Positions 48,597 to 58,622 of a stretch of DNA of 64,000 nt are shown one piece after another. Position numbers and translations under genes: made by a program. Under the pieces are notes generated by a model. That model was not told where the DNA came from. It was given only the letters and a program-made list of their open reading frames with translations, and did not search any database. Location: the IMG/VR virus record IMGVR_UViG_3300037483_000643. One strand, written 5' to 3'. The DNA comes from an uncultured virus (IMG/VR IMGVR_UViG_3300037483_000643) (Duplodnaviria > Heunggongvirae > Uroviricota > Caudoviricetes). How positions within the stretch are numbered: position 1 is the first letter of the stretch; each line of letters starts with the position of its first letter.

Positions 48597-49184
48597 TCAG
48601 TCGATGATCCATGCGTCGAGGTAGACACCAGGCGGCGGCTGCCAACCGAGATACGATGACTCGACAGTGGTATCCATGCCGACGACTTGCGCGCCAGGAT
48701 CGTGGGGATGATTTGCTTTCTTCGGGATCAGCGCGACAGGATACACGTGCACGTAATCATCACGCGATCTGCCATACGCGCGCGCCCCGACCGTGAATCC
48801 TACTGATCTGGCGAGAGAGGCAACAAGAGCTGTTGCATCGTCACAATCGCCACCACACGATCCAGACTCGCACATGTCCAACGTGCGATCGGCGCGTACA
48901 AAGAAGTCAACGAACTTGGGATCGGCGCGGTACGGGAGACCTCGGGAGAGGCCCTTCACTAGTGGCGTACCGTGCTTCACTGCCTCGAAGATGGCTTGCA
49001 GCTCGCACTCATCGTTACGTGCCTCGCACTCATAGACGATCTTGAGCGCTGTGGCACGTACGCGGGCGAGCGCCCGGGCATCCTTCGTGGCCTCTCGAAT
49101 CAGGCGTGCTAGATGACGGATGGCCTGTTCTGCTACCGCCCGTCCGCTACCGTTGTCTGAGAGTCGATACGTGTCGACGCGCAA
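48597..49184 (-). CDS. transglutaminase-like cysteine protease
   Basis: GDCDD, HVY, MDTT candidate Cys-His-Asp triad; first gene of the virion operon. Confidence 0.75.
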   Translation of the reverse strand: MRVDTYRLSDNGSGRAVAEQAIRHLARLIREATKDARALARVRATALKIVYECEARNDECELQAIFEAVKHGTPLVKGLSRGLPYRADPKFVDFFVRADRTLDMCESGSCGGDCDDATALVASLARSVGFTVGARAYGRSRDDYVHVYPVALIPKKANHPHDPGAQVVGMDTTVESSYLGWQPPPGVYLDAWIID

Positions 49185-49238
49185 CGGCCGCCCCTCGGTC
49201 GGCCAGTCTGGTGTGCAGCACGTCGCCTCGCAGAGCTG

Positions 49239-49300
49239 ATGCTAGTAGAGGTGGAGGGGCGCCGTCAAGAAGAAGGTAGACACGGTGGGAGAGGTGTCAA
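49239..49300 (-). promoter_or_regulatory. tandem sigma70-like promoters for the virion operon
   Basis: TTGACA-N16-TACCTT (49300-49273) and TTGACG-N18-TAGCAT (49268-49239). Confidence 0.5.
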
Positions 49301-50080
49301 CTGCGGCGGCGCCGGCAGGTTACAGCTTGCACACTACGCTGCAGCCGCCGTCACCTTCGATCATCGCGCCGCGCCAGCCACGCCCCTTAGCGTTGCCGAT
49401 CGCATAACCGGCGTACGTCCAGATCATGACGTTGATGATGAAGAGCGTTGCAACCTTGATCGATTGACGCGTCATGGTTTATCCCCTCTTGCGTGGTCCG
49501 AAGTAACCACGTTGATGTGTCGGGAGGCGCGACGGCGCCCCAGGCCCGTAGCGTGTTGAGACCTCGTTTTGGAGGCTGAGATGTCGATCGGCGATCGACA
49601 AGCGTTCGACAGCAAGCGGATCGCCAGCTTTCGCCAGCTCGATAGACTCAGTGAATTTCTCGTATCCGCGTCCAGCCGCGATCATCTCGGCGCCATTTGC
49701 AGAAGACGCCGCGTCGAGCTTATCCAACTCCGCGTTGATCTGCGAAGCGGTCAACGCCCCTGGATCCTTGCTGGAGATCTTGACAGATCGACGCGCCATG
49801 TTCACTCCTCGACACGTGCTTCGGCATCAACCTTGTACTCTTGACCACATGCGCAACGCAAGATCTTCGAGTTTGGCAAGTATTCACACTTCTGCTCTGA
49901 CAGCGCAATGCCACAACCCGTGCACTGATCGTCTTGCCACCATTCGGTAATCTTGCCAGTCTTGGCGTTGGCGACGAAGACACAAGCGCCCGCCAGCTCA
50001 AACTGCCCGATGATCTCTTTCGGCTTCTGTTGGGACGTCTTCCGCCGACGTGCTACCATCGGAATCCCCTCTGGCGCAGC

Positions 50081-50137
50081 AAAAAAACACCGCCGGTCTA
50101 GGCGAGGGAGGGAAGGACCTCGAACCTAGACCGGCGG
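50081..50137 (-). terminator. 13-bp stem followed by U-tract
   Basis: CCGCCGGTCTAGG / CCTAGACCGGCGG then T7 on the - strand. Confidence 0.55.
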
Positions 50138-50283
50138 CCAGCACCCTGCATCGCGCACATCCCGTACTCCATGTATAGGACAGGTCGGGGCGCGCGTCAA
50201 GAGGTGGGGGGTGACTGCAGAAAGCTGTCACCCCCCACGTATCTTGAAGATCGGATCCCGCGCTCGGCGGCGTTTCAATGGCA

Positions 50284-50499
50284 TCACCCCCCATCATCGG
50301 GTGACTGTTTCTTGGCGTTGTGTGGCGCCGAAGGGAACTTTGCGATTGCATCGCGTGCGATCAACCACGCTTCTTTCACAAGCCATGCACGGCTGCGGTC
50401 CTGTCGCCTTGCTTCTTGATTCAACTCTTTCAACATTGCATCAGGAAAGTAAAAGCTCGTCTTGTGGCCCGTACCTGCATAACGCTTCGGTCGTGCCAT
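50284..50499 (-). CDS. cdbA: CdbA-like (TIGR04563, MXAN_4361 family) RHH nucleoid-associated protein
   Basis: KTSFYFPDAMLKELNQEARRQDRSRAWLVKEAWLIARDAIAKFP matches the family pattern as I recall it. Confidence 0.75.
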   Translation of the reverse strand: MARPKRYAGTGHKTSFYFPDAMLKELNQEARRQDRSRAWLVKEAWLIARDAIAKFPSAPHNAKKQSPDDGG

Positions 50500-50514
50500 G
50501 CAGCACCTCTGCAA

Positions 50515-50724
50515 CTAGCGCCAGCGATCGGCGCCTGGAAACTGTGGCGAGACTAGCGACGGCACGCGGTGCATAAGTGCAATGTTGGCAACTATGATCG
50601 TACCGCGCGGATCCTTCGAGCTGTTTCCGCATTCCTTGCAGCACACCGTCAGGTCGCGATCGGCAACGTTGCGCTGCAATTCTACGTGATGGCCCCGATC
50701 GCACTCGTACTCGTAGATCGGCAT
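50515..50724 (-). CDS. FmdB-family Zn-ribbon protein
   Basis: MPIYEYEC..GH...CKECG. Confidence 0.7.
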   Translation of the reverse strand: MPIYEYECDRGHHVELQRNVADRDLTVCCKECGNSSKDPRGTIIVANIALMHRVPSLVSPQFPGADRWR

Positions 50725-50725
50725 C

Positions 50726-52387
50726 TTACGGCCTCGCTTCCTCTTCCTCTTCTTCGTCTTCTTCTTCCTCTTCTCCATCCGCCGCAGCTTCATCCTGTTG
50801 CACAGGAGGAGGAGGGGCTGCGTTGAATCCTTCCCTCTGCGCAGCTGCGCGGATCTTGTGTTGCTTCTGCAGCTCCATGATCAACGCGCGGATGTACGCC
50901 GCGTTGTCACCCGACGCCTGTATCCATGCAAGGAGATGAGGCTGGAAGGCGACGATCGGATCACCACCCGACTTCGCCAGCTCGGCAGCGATCGAAGGCT
51001 CCTTCACGTTGTCGAGGAAGTAGGCGGCGACGTCGGCGGGGGGCGCCTTCTCCTTGATCGCCTGAACGATTGCCAAGAACACCGTAGGCGGCTGCGCAGG
51101 GGCGCCGTCCAGTCGAGACGTCTGCTGTGTCTGATGAGGCGCCGCCTGCGGCGGCGCCCCAGCGGTCACCTGTTGCGGCTGCACGGCAGGCTGCGGCTGC
51201 ACCGTCACCGTCTGTGCGGCAGCGGGCGCATTCTGCGCCTTGGCCGCTTCCATGGCCAAAAAGGCGTTGAGTACCTTCATCCACGCGGGGTCTTCGGCTT
51301 GCGGCGGTGACTCCAGCTCCTTGATCGAGTGCAGCGCACCCACCGTCATGCTGACTACGCTGCCCATCGCTTCTGCCATCTGTGTAACGACCTTCAGGGT
51401 ACCTGCCGATCCTTCGGCGCCTTGAATCAACAGCTTCTCGACTACCGGATCGATCGCCGGTTTCGAGTTGGAGGCCTTCATCACCTCCATCATCAACGCC
51501 TGGAAGCGCTCGCCGGAAGCGCGCATCTCGGTTGCCATGCGATCAGACGATGCCTGACTCGACTTCATCATCTCCACAATCAGTCCAGCGATGCCGGCAG
51601 TAGGATCGGCCTGGGGCTTTGCGCTAGCGCTTGCTGCAGTTGTGATTCTCGCTTCGAGCTGTTCCAACGCCAAGCGTGATTCACGGCGCGAGTTTTCCAG
51701 CTCGGCCTTGTGGCGTTCTTCGGCGATCTGCCGTTCGCGCTCGCGCAGCCGTTCTCTGTCTTCCGTGAGCTGTCGCTGTGCAGTCGTCAACTCGTTACGC
51801 ACGCGCGCCAGCTCAGCGGCAACAGGATCAAATCCGGACCTCCCCACACCGCTGGCGGTTTGCGAGGCGCCGTGCATGGAGAAGTCCGGGGAGGGCACCA
51901 TGCCCCCCAATCTGAGTGGTTGGGTGTCTTCGAGTCCGACCGTGTTGGTCTGCATGTTGGATGGGCGAGGCGGGTATTCCAGCGTCTTCGGCCCCTGCCA
52001 GTCGCGCGCAGCCACGATCTTGTAGATCTCACCTGCCGGCAACGACAATTTCTGGCCGCTGACGTTCACGATCACGGGGGCGCCGATGGCGCGCGCACGA
52101 TCGTTGCGGTGGTACACCATCATCTGATAGATACCGCCACCGCCAAGGCGCGTGAGCCAACCTTCAGGGTGCGCGATGTGATCGGCAGTGGCGTCGGTGA
52201 AGCACACAATCACGTCGCCTTGCGTCTGTCCAGGCGCGCGGTGAACGATTCGCACCGTGAACTCGTCACACTGCGTTTCCGCAACTCTGCCGAGCGCGTT
52301 GGCCACCGTCTGATCAGACGGTGACAGGTTGTCAGCGATCTGCGTCGCGATGTTGGCCATAAGTGCATTCCCCTTGTATATGTTCAT
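50726..52387 (-). CDS. large coiled-coil protein of unknown function
   Basis: 553 aa, central coiled coil, Met-rich helices, acidic tail; no P-loop seen. Confidence 0.6.
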   Translation of the reverse strand: MNIYKGNALMANIATQIADNLSPSDQTVANALGRVAETQCDEFTVRIVHRAPGQTQGDVIVCFTDATADHIAHPEGWLTRLGGGGIYQMMVYHRNDRARAIGAPVIVNVSGQKLSLPAGEIYKIVAARDWQGPKTLEYPPRPSNMQTNTVGLEDTQPLRLGGMVPSPDFSMHGASQTASGVGRSGFDPVAAELARVRNELTTAQRQLTEDRERLRERERQIAEERHKAELENSRRESRLALEQLEARITTAASASAKPQADPTAGIAGLIVEMMKSSQASSDRMATEMRASGERFQALMMEVMKASNSKPAIDPVVEKLLIQGAEGSAGTLKVVTQMAEAMGSVVSMTVGALHSIKELESPPQAEDPAWMKVLNAFLAMEAAKAQNAPAAAQTVTVQPQPAVQPQQVTAGAPPQAAPHQTQQTSRLDGAPAQPPTVFLAIVQAIKEKAPPADVAAYFLDNVKEPSIAAELAKSGGDPIVAFQPHLLAWIQASGDNAAYIRALIMELQKQHKIRAAAQREGFNAAPPPPVQQDEAAADGEEEEEDEEEEEEARP

Positions 52388-53346
52388 TGGACGGCGCTGG
52401 TATGCTGGACGGTGCGAGGTGTGCTTTCAGGATCAGGCGGTGCTTTCGGCGGGTAGCGCCCACCAAAATAGCACTCACTGCACATATCACCAGGCCAGTC
52501 TGGTTTTTCACCACTGAACACCTGGCGACCACACTTGCTACAGGCTGTTTCTGCGCATTGCGGACAACTACAATTCTGGCAGGGCATCGTTTCTCTCAAC
52601 TGTTGCAATCGTTGGAATGGCGGCCGTCATGCCCTTCGGGGCGCCAGCATCCTACTGCAGTGCATATCCGCGATGGATCTTCTTTCCACTCACCGCAACG
52701 ACGTGGGGTGCCGATGTCCATGTGTTGTGGATAGCGCACACACAGCTCGAAAGCATAATCAGCGTTGCGGTAATCGCTGTGGCGCACGCCACTCTCGAAG
52801 AAGTAGCAGTTATCGCAACACTCGATCTTTACGAAGGCATCGGCCATTTGTCACCAACCCCGTGCGCGCCGCTCGTCTCGAATCGTCTCGGCAATGATGC
52901 GCCGCGCCCTAGCTCGGATTGCGCGCTGCTCTTGTGTATACAGCACGTAAAGTCCCGTGAATATCACAAACAACAGCACAGACGCCACTGCACCGAAGTA
53001 GTATAGCATGGGCGCCCCTCCTATCCTCTACGCGTCACCACTCGACGTCGCCTGGCCGCGCTCCAACACGTTCATCACAGCATTGGTAAGGATGCTTATG
53101 GCGCGCGCTTCGTGCCTGTAGGAACAGTCACCCATGTTGGGGTTGGCGCCAGGCTCAAACATCCACAAATGGCACGCCGGCCCGACGCAGGATGCATAGT
53201 CGATCTTGCGTGCACCTTCGTCTTTGATGCCAGGCGGAAGATCGATTGTTGGCGGCGGACGCGGCGTCATCGTGAAGGGGCAGATCCCACGGGGCGTAGG
53301 CACTTCGGGCGTCGTCATGTCGATGATCTCTGTCACGTGTGTTCTC

Positions 53347-53676
53347 CTAGTCATTAGTCACGAGTCCAGTCAACAGGCCAAGTGTAATGCCGACGCTGCA
53401 GGTGTAAAGCGCGGCGGCATACCAAGTCGGGAATAGATGCACAATTCCACTGACGTGTGCGATCCATCCAATGTGGAAGCCGAGACAGCCGGGGCATTCC
53501 ATGAGCAACAGAATTGTGACGACAGCTGGACGGAAGTAGCGCATCTGTCCAAACTCGTCTTCTGCTGCGTCATCCAACATCTCACGTATCGGCAGCGTCA
53601 GCTTGCTGTGGCCGATGATCCACGCGAGTCCGAAGGATGCCATGCTATAGATGAAGAGATGCGTTACGTAGAGCAC
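53347..53676 (-). CDS. DUF1360-like membrane protein with CxxC
   Basis: Several TM segments, LMECPGCLGFHIG. Confidence 0.6.
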   Translation of the reverse strand: MLYVTHLFIYSMASFGLAWIIGHSKLTLPIREMLDDAAEDEFGQMRYFRPAVVTILLLMECPGCLGFHIGWIAHVSGIVHLFPTWYAAALYTCSVGITLGLLTGLVTND

Positions 53677-54115
53677 CAGAGTTTACCTCCGACGGAAGAA
53701 CGACTTGATCGTGTCGGCGAGTGATCCCTCAATGTGCACTCGCAACAGGTCGTTGACGTCGATGCCGAAGACTGCTGCACGCGCAGTAAGGATGCGCCAC
53801 GCCGTGCCAGCGAACGCCCCGAGAAACGTGGCAGCATCGACAATGCCGTCTTTCTCGATTGCGTCCGCAGCCAAGCGCAGATCACCACACAACGCGTCTT
53901 TCTCGGCTTGCGTGAAGCTGATGAATCCTATCATGGCTTCACACCACAATATGAATCGAGTAGTGCATCTAGGCGTCGGCGCATCTTACAGCGTGGACAC
54001 ATCCACCTATTTCCTGGCCCAATTCGATGAAGAATCAAATTGCCAGCGTTTACGTCAAAGCTGTGTTTCATGCCGATCCAGCCGGCAGTTAACTGACTCA
54101 CTTCGGTTGAAGTTG

Positions 54116-54415
54116 TCACTTTGTCTCTCCCTCACGAAGCCACTTTGTCAGTTGTTTGTAGGTCATTGCGCCGACGTACTCTTGCAACACTTCATTGCCT
54201 TGCACGAGCGCGTAGGAGGGTGTTGCCTTGGGCCGCCAGCCTAACACGTCGATGTCATGTCGATCTAGATGCAGCAAGATGATTAGCAGGTCGAGCGTGT
54301 GTTCTGAACGCAGCTTGTCGATCGCAGGCTTCGCGGCTGCACATGCATCACAGCCTTCGGCGATTGCTACGTAGAGGCGAGGCGCAGGCTCTATCACGTA
54401 CTGGGACATTGGCAT
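54116..54415 (-). CDS. thioredoxin-fold protein
   Basis: AEGCDAC, cis-Pro loop ATPSY, YVG; RBS GGAG. Confidence 0.65.
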   Translation of the reverse strand: MPMSQYVIEPAPRLYVAIAEGCDACAAAKPAIDKLRSEHTLDLLIILLHLDRHDIDVLGWRPKATPSYALVQGNEVLQEYVGAMTYKQLTKWLREGETK

Positions 54416-54940
54416 TACTCCAACACCGGACATGCTTGCTTCACATGCCCTTGATAGATCGCTACCGTCTTCCAATATGTGAGCCGGCGCCGAAGAATCG
54501 GCGCGCATCTTACAACTGTGCCATTCTCCACAACAAAACCCGCTGACAAGTAACTCGTCTCTACCCACCACAAACCATCACGCCAAGGGCTCACAGTGCC
54601 CCCTCGTCACGCACCGCATCTAGTGGTTGATTCGTCATACACGACACCAGTCGACACTTGCCATTCCAATTCATGTTGTTGACGTGATCACGTGCATGCA
54701 CAACATCCGTGAACACAGCCTCAATCGTGTACAACTTGAGTCCGTGCAGCACGATCAGCGGTGGCGGTGTCTGCGTACCCTCGTTGTCAGGTCGCCGAGC
54801 CAACACCGAGATGTCGACTTCTTTCAATAACACATGCGAGATGGCAGGCGGTAGGCGGCCAGAGTCGAGTGCTTTGTTGATCATGCGTATGATAGATGCC
54901 CAACCCACGCGGTATCTCCTACCCCTTCAACTACTGTGGT

Positions 54941-55480
54941 TTAAAGAGCAAGAATCCAATCACGCTGCATCGGCGTCAGCTGGATGATACCAGTGCCGTG
55001 CTTCTCCGCGTCTTCGAGTGCATTCTGTGGCGTCCAGCCAAAGCACTTCACGAGAATCAACGCGGCAACGCAGCCGGTGCGACCGATGCCCGCTTCGCAG
55101 CCAAAAGCCAAGGCTTCGCCTTGCGTGGTCAAGATGTACCAGGCAAACGCAACGATTCCTTCCGCTTGTGCCCTGTCGGGCGGATGTCCGTCTTGAATTG
55201 GGCACCGCAGCGACATCATGCCGGCGGCGTGCACAGCGTCAGCGTCGCTGCGCTCAGAACACAGATTCAAGACGAACGTGCAATGCCGGCCGGTCAGCCG
55301 CTTCAACACCTGTTCAGATCGCCACGAACACCGTGTAAACTTCATTCGTGCATCGCCGAGAGGAACCCGCTCGGCGTATTCGTTCCAACCGACACACGGG
55401 AGAGGGCCGCCGATCGCGTCTTCGACGGCTGCCACCACATCGGCACCTGTGTTGATCACGTTGTCTAGCAGTTTCGACAT
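54941..55480 (-). CDS. dual-specificity/tyrosine phosphatase-like protein
   Basis: CX5R loop GCEAGIGRTG; IQDGHPP acid loop; VLNL. Confidence 0.75.
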   Translation of the reverse strand: MSKLLDNVINTGADVVAAVEDAIGGPLPCVGWNEYAERVPLGDARMKFTRCSWRSEQVLKRLTGRHCTFVLNLCSERSDADAVHAAGMMSLRCPIQDGHPPDRAQAEGIVAFAWYILTTQGEALAFGCEAGIGRTGCVAALILVKCFGWTPQNALEDAEKHGTGIIQLTPMQRDWILAL

Positions 55481-55498
55481 ATCGGCGGCCCTCTTCGA

Positions 55499-55918
55499 TC
55501 AGTAGGTGACGCCGAAGTTGGCTCCGGCGTAGTTGGCTGCGTTCTTGTGTGAAACAGTGATGCCTGCGAACGCGTTGCCGATTCGCGGCGACAGAGACAC
55601 CTGCCAGTTGCCGCCGGTCAGGACGCCACCAACAGCGTTCACGCCAACGTCATGGCCGTAGAACGCCTTGGGCAGGATGATGGCGTAGCCAGCACCGAGC
55701 GCCACGCCGCGTTCGATGTTGCCGGACTTGAGGTCGACCACAGTAGCAACCATCACCGTGGGCTGAACGCAGACGCCCTTACCCTTGATCTTCGCGCAGC
55801 CGCCGAGGGCCGGCAGTGGCCCACTAGGCTGCACTGGGGGAGTGTCCTGGGCAAGAGCTGAGTTGGTGAGGACGAGGGAGAGCACAGCAGCAGCGAGAAT
55901 CGAAGCATGAAATTTCAC
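55499..55918 (-). CDS. secreted small outer-membrane beta-barrel-like protein
   Basis: Signal peptide ALA-Q; amphipathic strands; terminal GANFGVTY. Confidence 0.55.
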   Translation of the reverse strand: MKFHASILAAAVLSLVLTNSALAQDTPPVQPSGPLPALGGCAKIKGKGVCVQPTVMVATVVDLKSGNIERGVALGAGYAIILPKAFYGHDVGVNAVGGVLTGGNWQVSLSPRIGNAFAGITVSHKNAANYAGANFGVTY

Positions 55919-56621
55919 GTTTAAACCTCCTCTTCGGTTGGGTGCTGTACAACGTGCACCGCTAGTTGCACTTCACATCTTCACTGTTAGGCAGCTGGAG
56001 GCGTCTTCGGAGGCTCGGTCTGAATGCTCGGCGGCTGCGGCTGCGGATCCTTCGGAGTAAGCGCAGCACGCGGCCTCAACCCGTTGACGATGAAGTTGCA
56101 CACAGCGTGCAACTTCGAGCCTTCGCGCGTGAAGCCACGGACAACGAGCGCGATGCCGTAGATCGCCACGGCAACCGCGGCGAAAGCGGCCTTTTGCTGT
56201 GGCGTTCCTGGCAGAACGTTGATGATGTCATCGATCGACGGCATGTGTATCTCCTCTTCGTGGCCACAACTCTGTGAACTCTATTCCTTCCAGCTGTCCG
56301 AAAGCTACGATCTCCTCAAACGTAGGCGGACCTATGGACGATGAAAACTTTGCGAAGCCTTCCAGCGTCACAGGCGCTTGATCAGCTGATGTAGTTACGA
56401 ATGTCAACTCGTCCAACGCATCGATAACGCCGACGTTCGATGCTATCTCTACGAGTGTGCCGCGCCCCACTTTTACGCGCATCGGATCAGAACACTTCTG
56501 CACAAATGCATCAAATCCGAGTTGTGTCGTGTTGACCGGCTTCCACTTGTCAGAACACAGCTTGAACTTGACGAGATTCGCCACCATCGATGGATCGATC
56601 GCAGTTGGATCAGTTGACATG

Positions 56622-57245
56622 TTACTTCTCCGGCATCTTGCCCTGGGCCATCCCCATCACACTATCGTACACCTTTGCCGCTGCGCGGTCGGCGGCGCTG
56701 TCCTTGGGCTGGAAGGGGGCCGACTGGGGCTGCCCGAGGGGATCGACAGCGGGACAGCCGGCGAGAGGATGGATCAAGACGGGGAACGTCTTGTTGAAGC
56801 GGCGCGACCACTCTTCGGTCAACGCCATGCACAGGCCCATATTGTCCATGGCAGCCTCGATATCGAAGTCGCCTTGCGAGTCGGTGTACTTTTCGCGTTG
56901 ATCGGCAGGCATCACCTGTTCGATCTGCAGTCGAATCTCGTTGACCCATCGCCGCTTGTCCATGTCGCCAGACCACTCGCACTCACGACGGTACGCACGC
57001 CAGCGCTTCACGTCGAAGTGCTTGCAGGCGGCGCACTTGTAGCGGAGGCCCACCGCCAGCTCGCCGGCAGTGGTCTCGTACGTGAAGCTGCCTGGAATCT
57101 GCCCAGCGGTGCCGCCGCCAGAGAGCTGCAGCGGTGCTGACACGCTGATCGTGCGCGCAGCCGGCGCACACTCAGGATCCAACTTGTGTCCATCAGGATC
57201 GTGCGTTGCCGGCACGACAGTGATGGTGTCACCCTTGATTTCCAT
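56622..57245 (-). CDS. hypothetical protein
   Basis: Strong codon bias, CAACKHF; RBS GGAG. Confidence 0.55.
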   Translation of the reverse strand: MEIKGDTITVVPATHDPDGHKLDPECAPAARTISVSAPLQLSGGGTAGQIPGSFTYETTAGELAVGLRYKCAACKHFDVKRWRAYRRECEWSGDMDKRRWVNEIRLQIEQVMPADQREKYTDSQGDFDIEAAMDNMGLCMALTEEWSRRFNKTFPVLIHPLAGCPAVDPLGQPQSAPFQPKDSAADRAAAKVYDSVMGMAQGKMPEK

Positions 57246-57840
57246 TTGCTGTTACTCCTACGACGTTGGTGTGATCACGCGTGCAGTGCACCGGCCGACG
57301 AGCGCGACGGCGCCACAGTCGATGCAGTCGAGTCGTCCAGCAGTCGGCGCAGTGGCGAGGGCGCCACCACAGAAAGGGCAGATCTTGGCGTTGGCGCGCT
57401 CTACGATCATCACGTCGATTACACTTTCGATGTTGTGCAGCTTGGCACGCAAGTGCAGCTTGGCACGCAACGCTAGTCGCTGGCGGCATTCTTCATCAGT
57501 GTCGGGTTGTGTGTTGTTTTCGATACTACGCAGCATCTTGGCAACTTCGGCGGCCTCGGTGCGCAACGCATCGATTTGTACAAGAGACGTCATCACTTCA
57601 CCTTTGCGCGCCTGACACGTCGAAGGGTCCGATCTGCGGTGAATAGTGCCTCTGAGAAGCGGCACAACTCGTTGAAATCTGCCAAGTTGCGCATGGCGCG
57701 AAGCGCATCCTTTTCTGCCCTCTTCACAGCTGCGATGGCGCTGATCTCAGCTCGTGAGAAGTGATGACATCTGCCACCATTGCAGTAGGGGATACACACA
57801 CGACGCTTTCGACCACCATGATATGGCCATGCGTTACGCG

Positions 57841-58245
57841 TCATCGCTGCCCCCCACTCTCACCGCGCCACGGTTCAGCGCCGCCACGTTGCTCGATCTT
57901 GGCGTTCGCTTCCATGGCAGCGATCTTCGCTTGCGACATCATGTCAGCTTCAAGCTGGCGCGCTTGCGCGTCACACTCGGCTGCAAAGTCTTTCATAAAG
58001 ATCGCAAGTCGCTGAAACATCAACATGCGCGTTCGTGCAACAGCTAGCACACGCAACGCAGCGGTGATCCCCGATTCGTGCGCAAGCGACAGTCCTGTAC
58101 GGATCAGCTCGCGCGCAGTTTCAACAGGGGGACGATCAGGATCGATCGCGTTGTGGTATGTCGTGAACATCTCCTTCAGTTCACGATCCATGCACAACGT
58201 GATGCACTCAGCACGTCGTTTCGCATTCTTCGACTGTTGGGGCAC
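57841..58245 (-). CDS. RHH-like/coiled-coil protein, probably leaderless
   Basis: TTGACG-N16-TACATT ends 6 nt before the GTG start. Confidence 0.5.
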   Translation of the reverse strand: MPQQSKNAKRRAECITLCMDRELKEMFTTYHNAIDPDRPPVETARELIRTGLSLAHESGITAALRVLAVARTRMLMFQRLAIFMKDFAAECDAQARQLEADMMSQAKIAAMEANAKIEQRGGAEPWRGESGGQR

Positions 58246-58320
58246 ACTCTGAATGTAGTAGCACGAGACGTGCCGTCAAACGTGTTGGAGGAGCACAGAC
58301 CAACTTTGGCGCAGTGCATT

Positions 58321-58542
58321 AAACCCGATTGGGTTTTTCTTGGTGGAGAGCGCCGGTACGCGGTTCACTGCAAAAAATAGGACGGGGAGTTTCAAACTAA
58401 ACCAACCGTCCTATTTTTCTATTTACGAATGGTGCGCGAGCGTGGTCGTGTTCGGAGCGTGTTTGAAACACGAACACGCCCCCAGCGTGTTCAGCGTGTC
58501 TCTCCCCTATGGGGAGACACGCTGACGAACACGCTGACCACG
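58321..58542. repeat. palindromic iteron-like array, candidate replication origin
   Basis: About 10 CGTG/CACG-core repeats, 13-bp IR AAAAATAGGACGG / CCGTCCTATTTTT, AT-rich flank. Confidence 0.55.
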
Positions 58543-58622
58543 GGAAGGGGGGGAGGTAGAGGCGTGTCCAGGCGCGGTTCAGCTGGAGAGGGGGGGAAGA
58601 ATAAATCGTCCCGACCTTGGGC

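Noticed and set aside
50726..52387. Portal or packaging ATPase
   Set aside because: No Walker motifs or recognisable portal pattern
58439..58542. Mini-CRISPR or DGR repeats
   Set aside because: Repeats are short, in both orientations and lack unique spacers; no reverse transcriptase seen in the window
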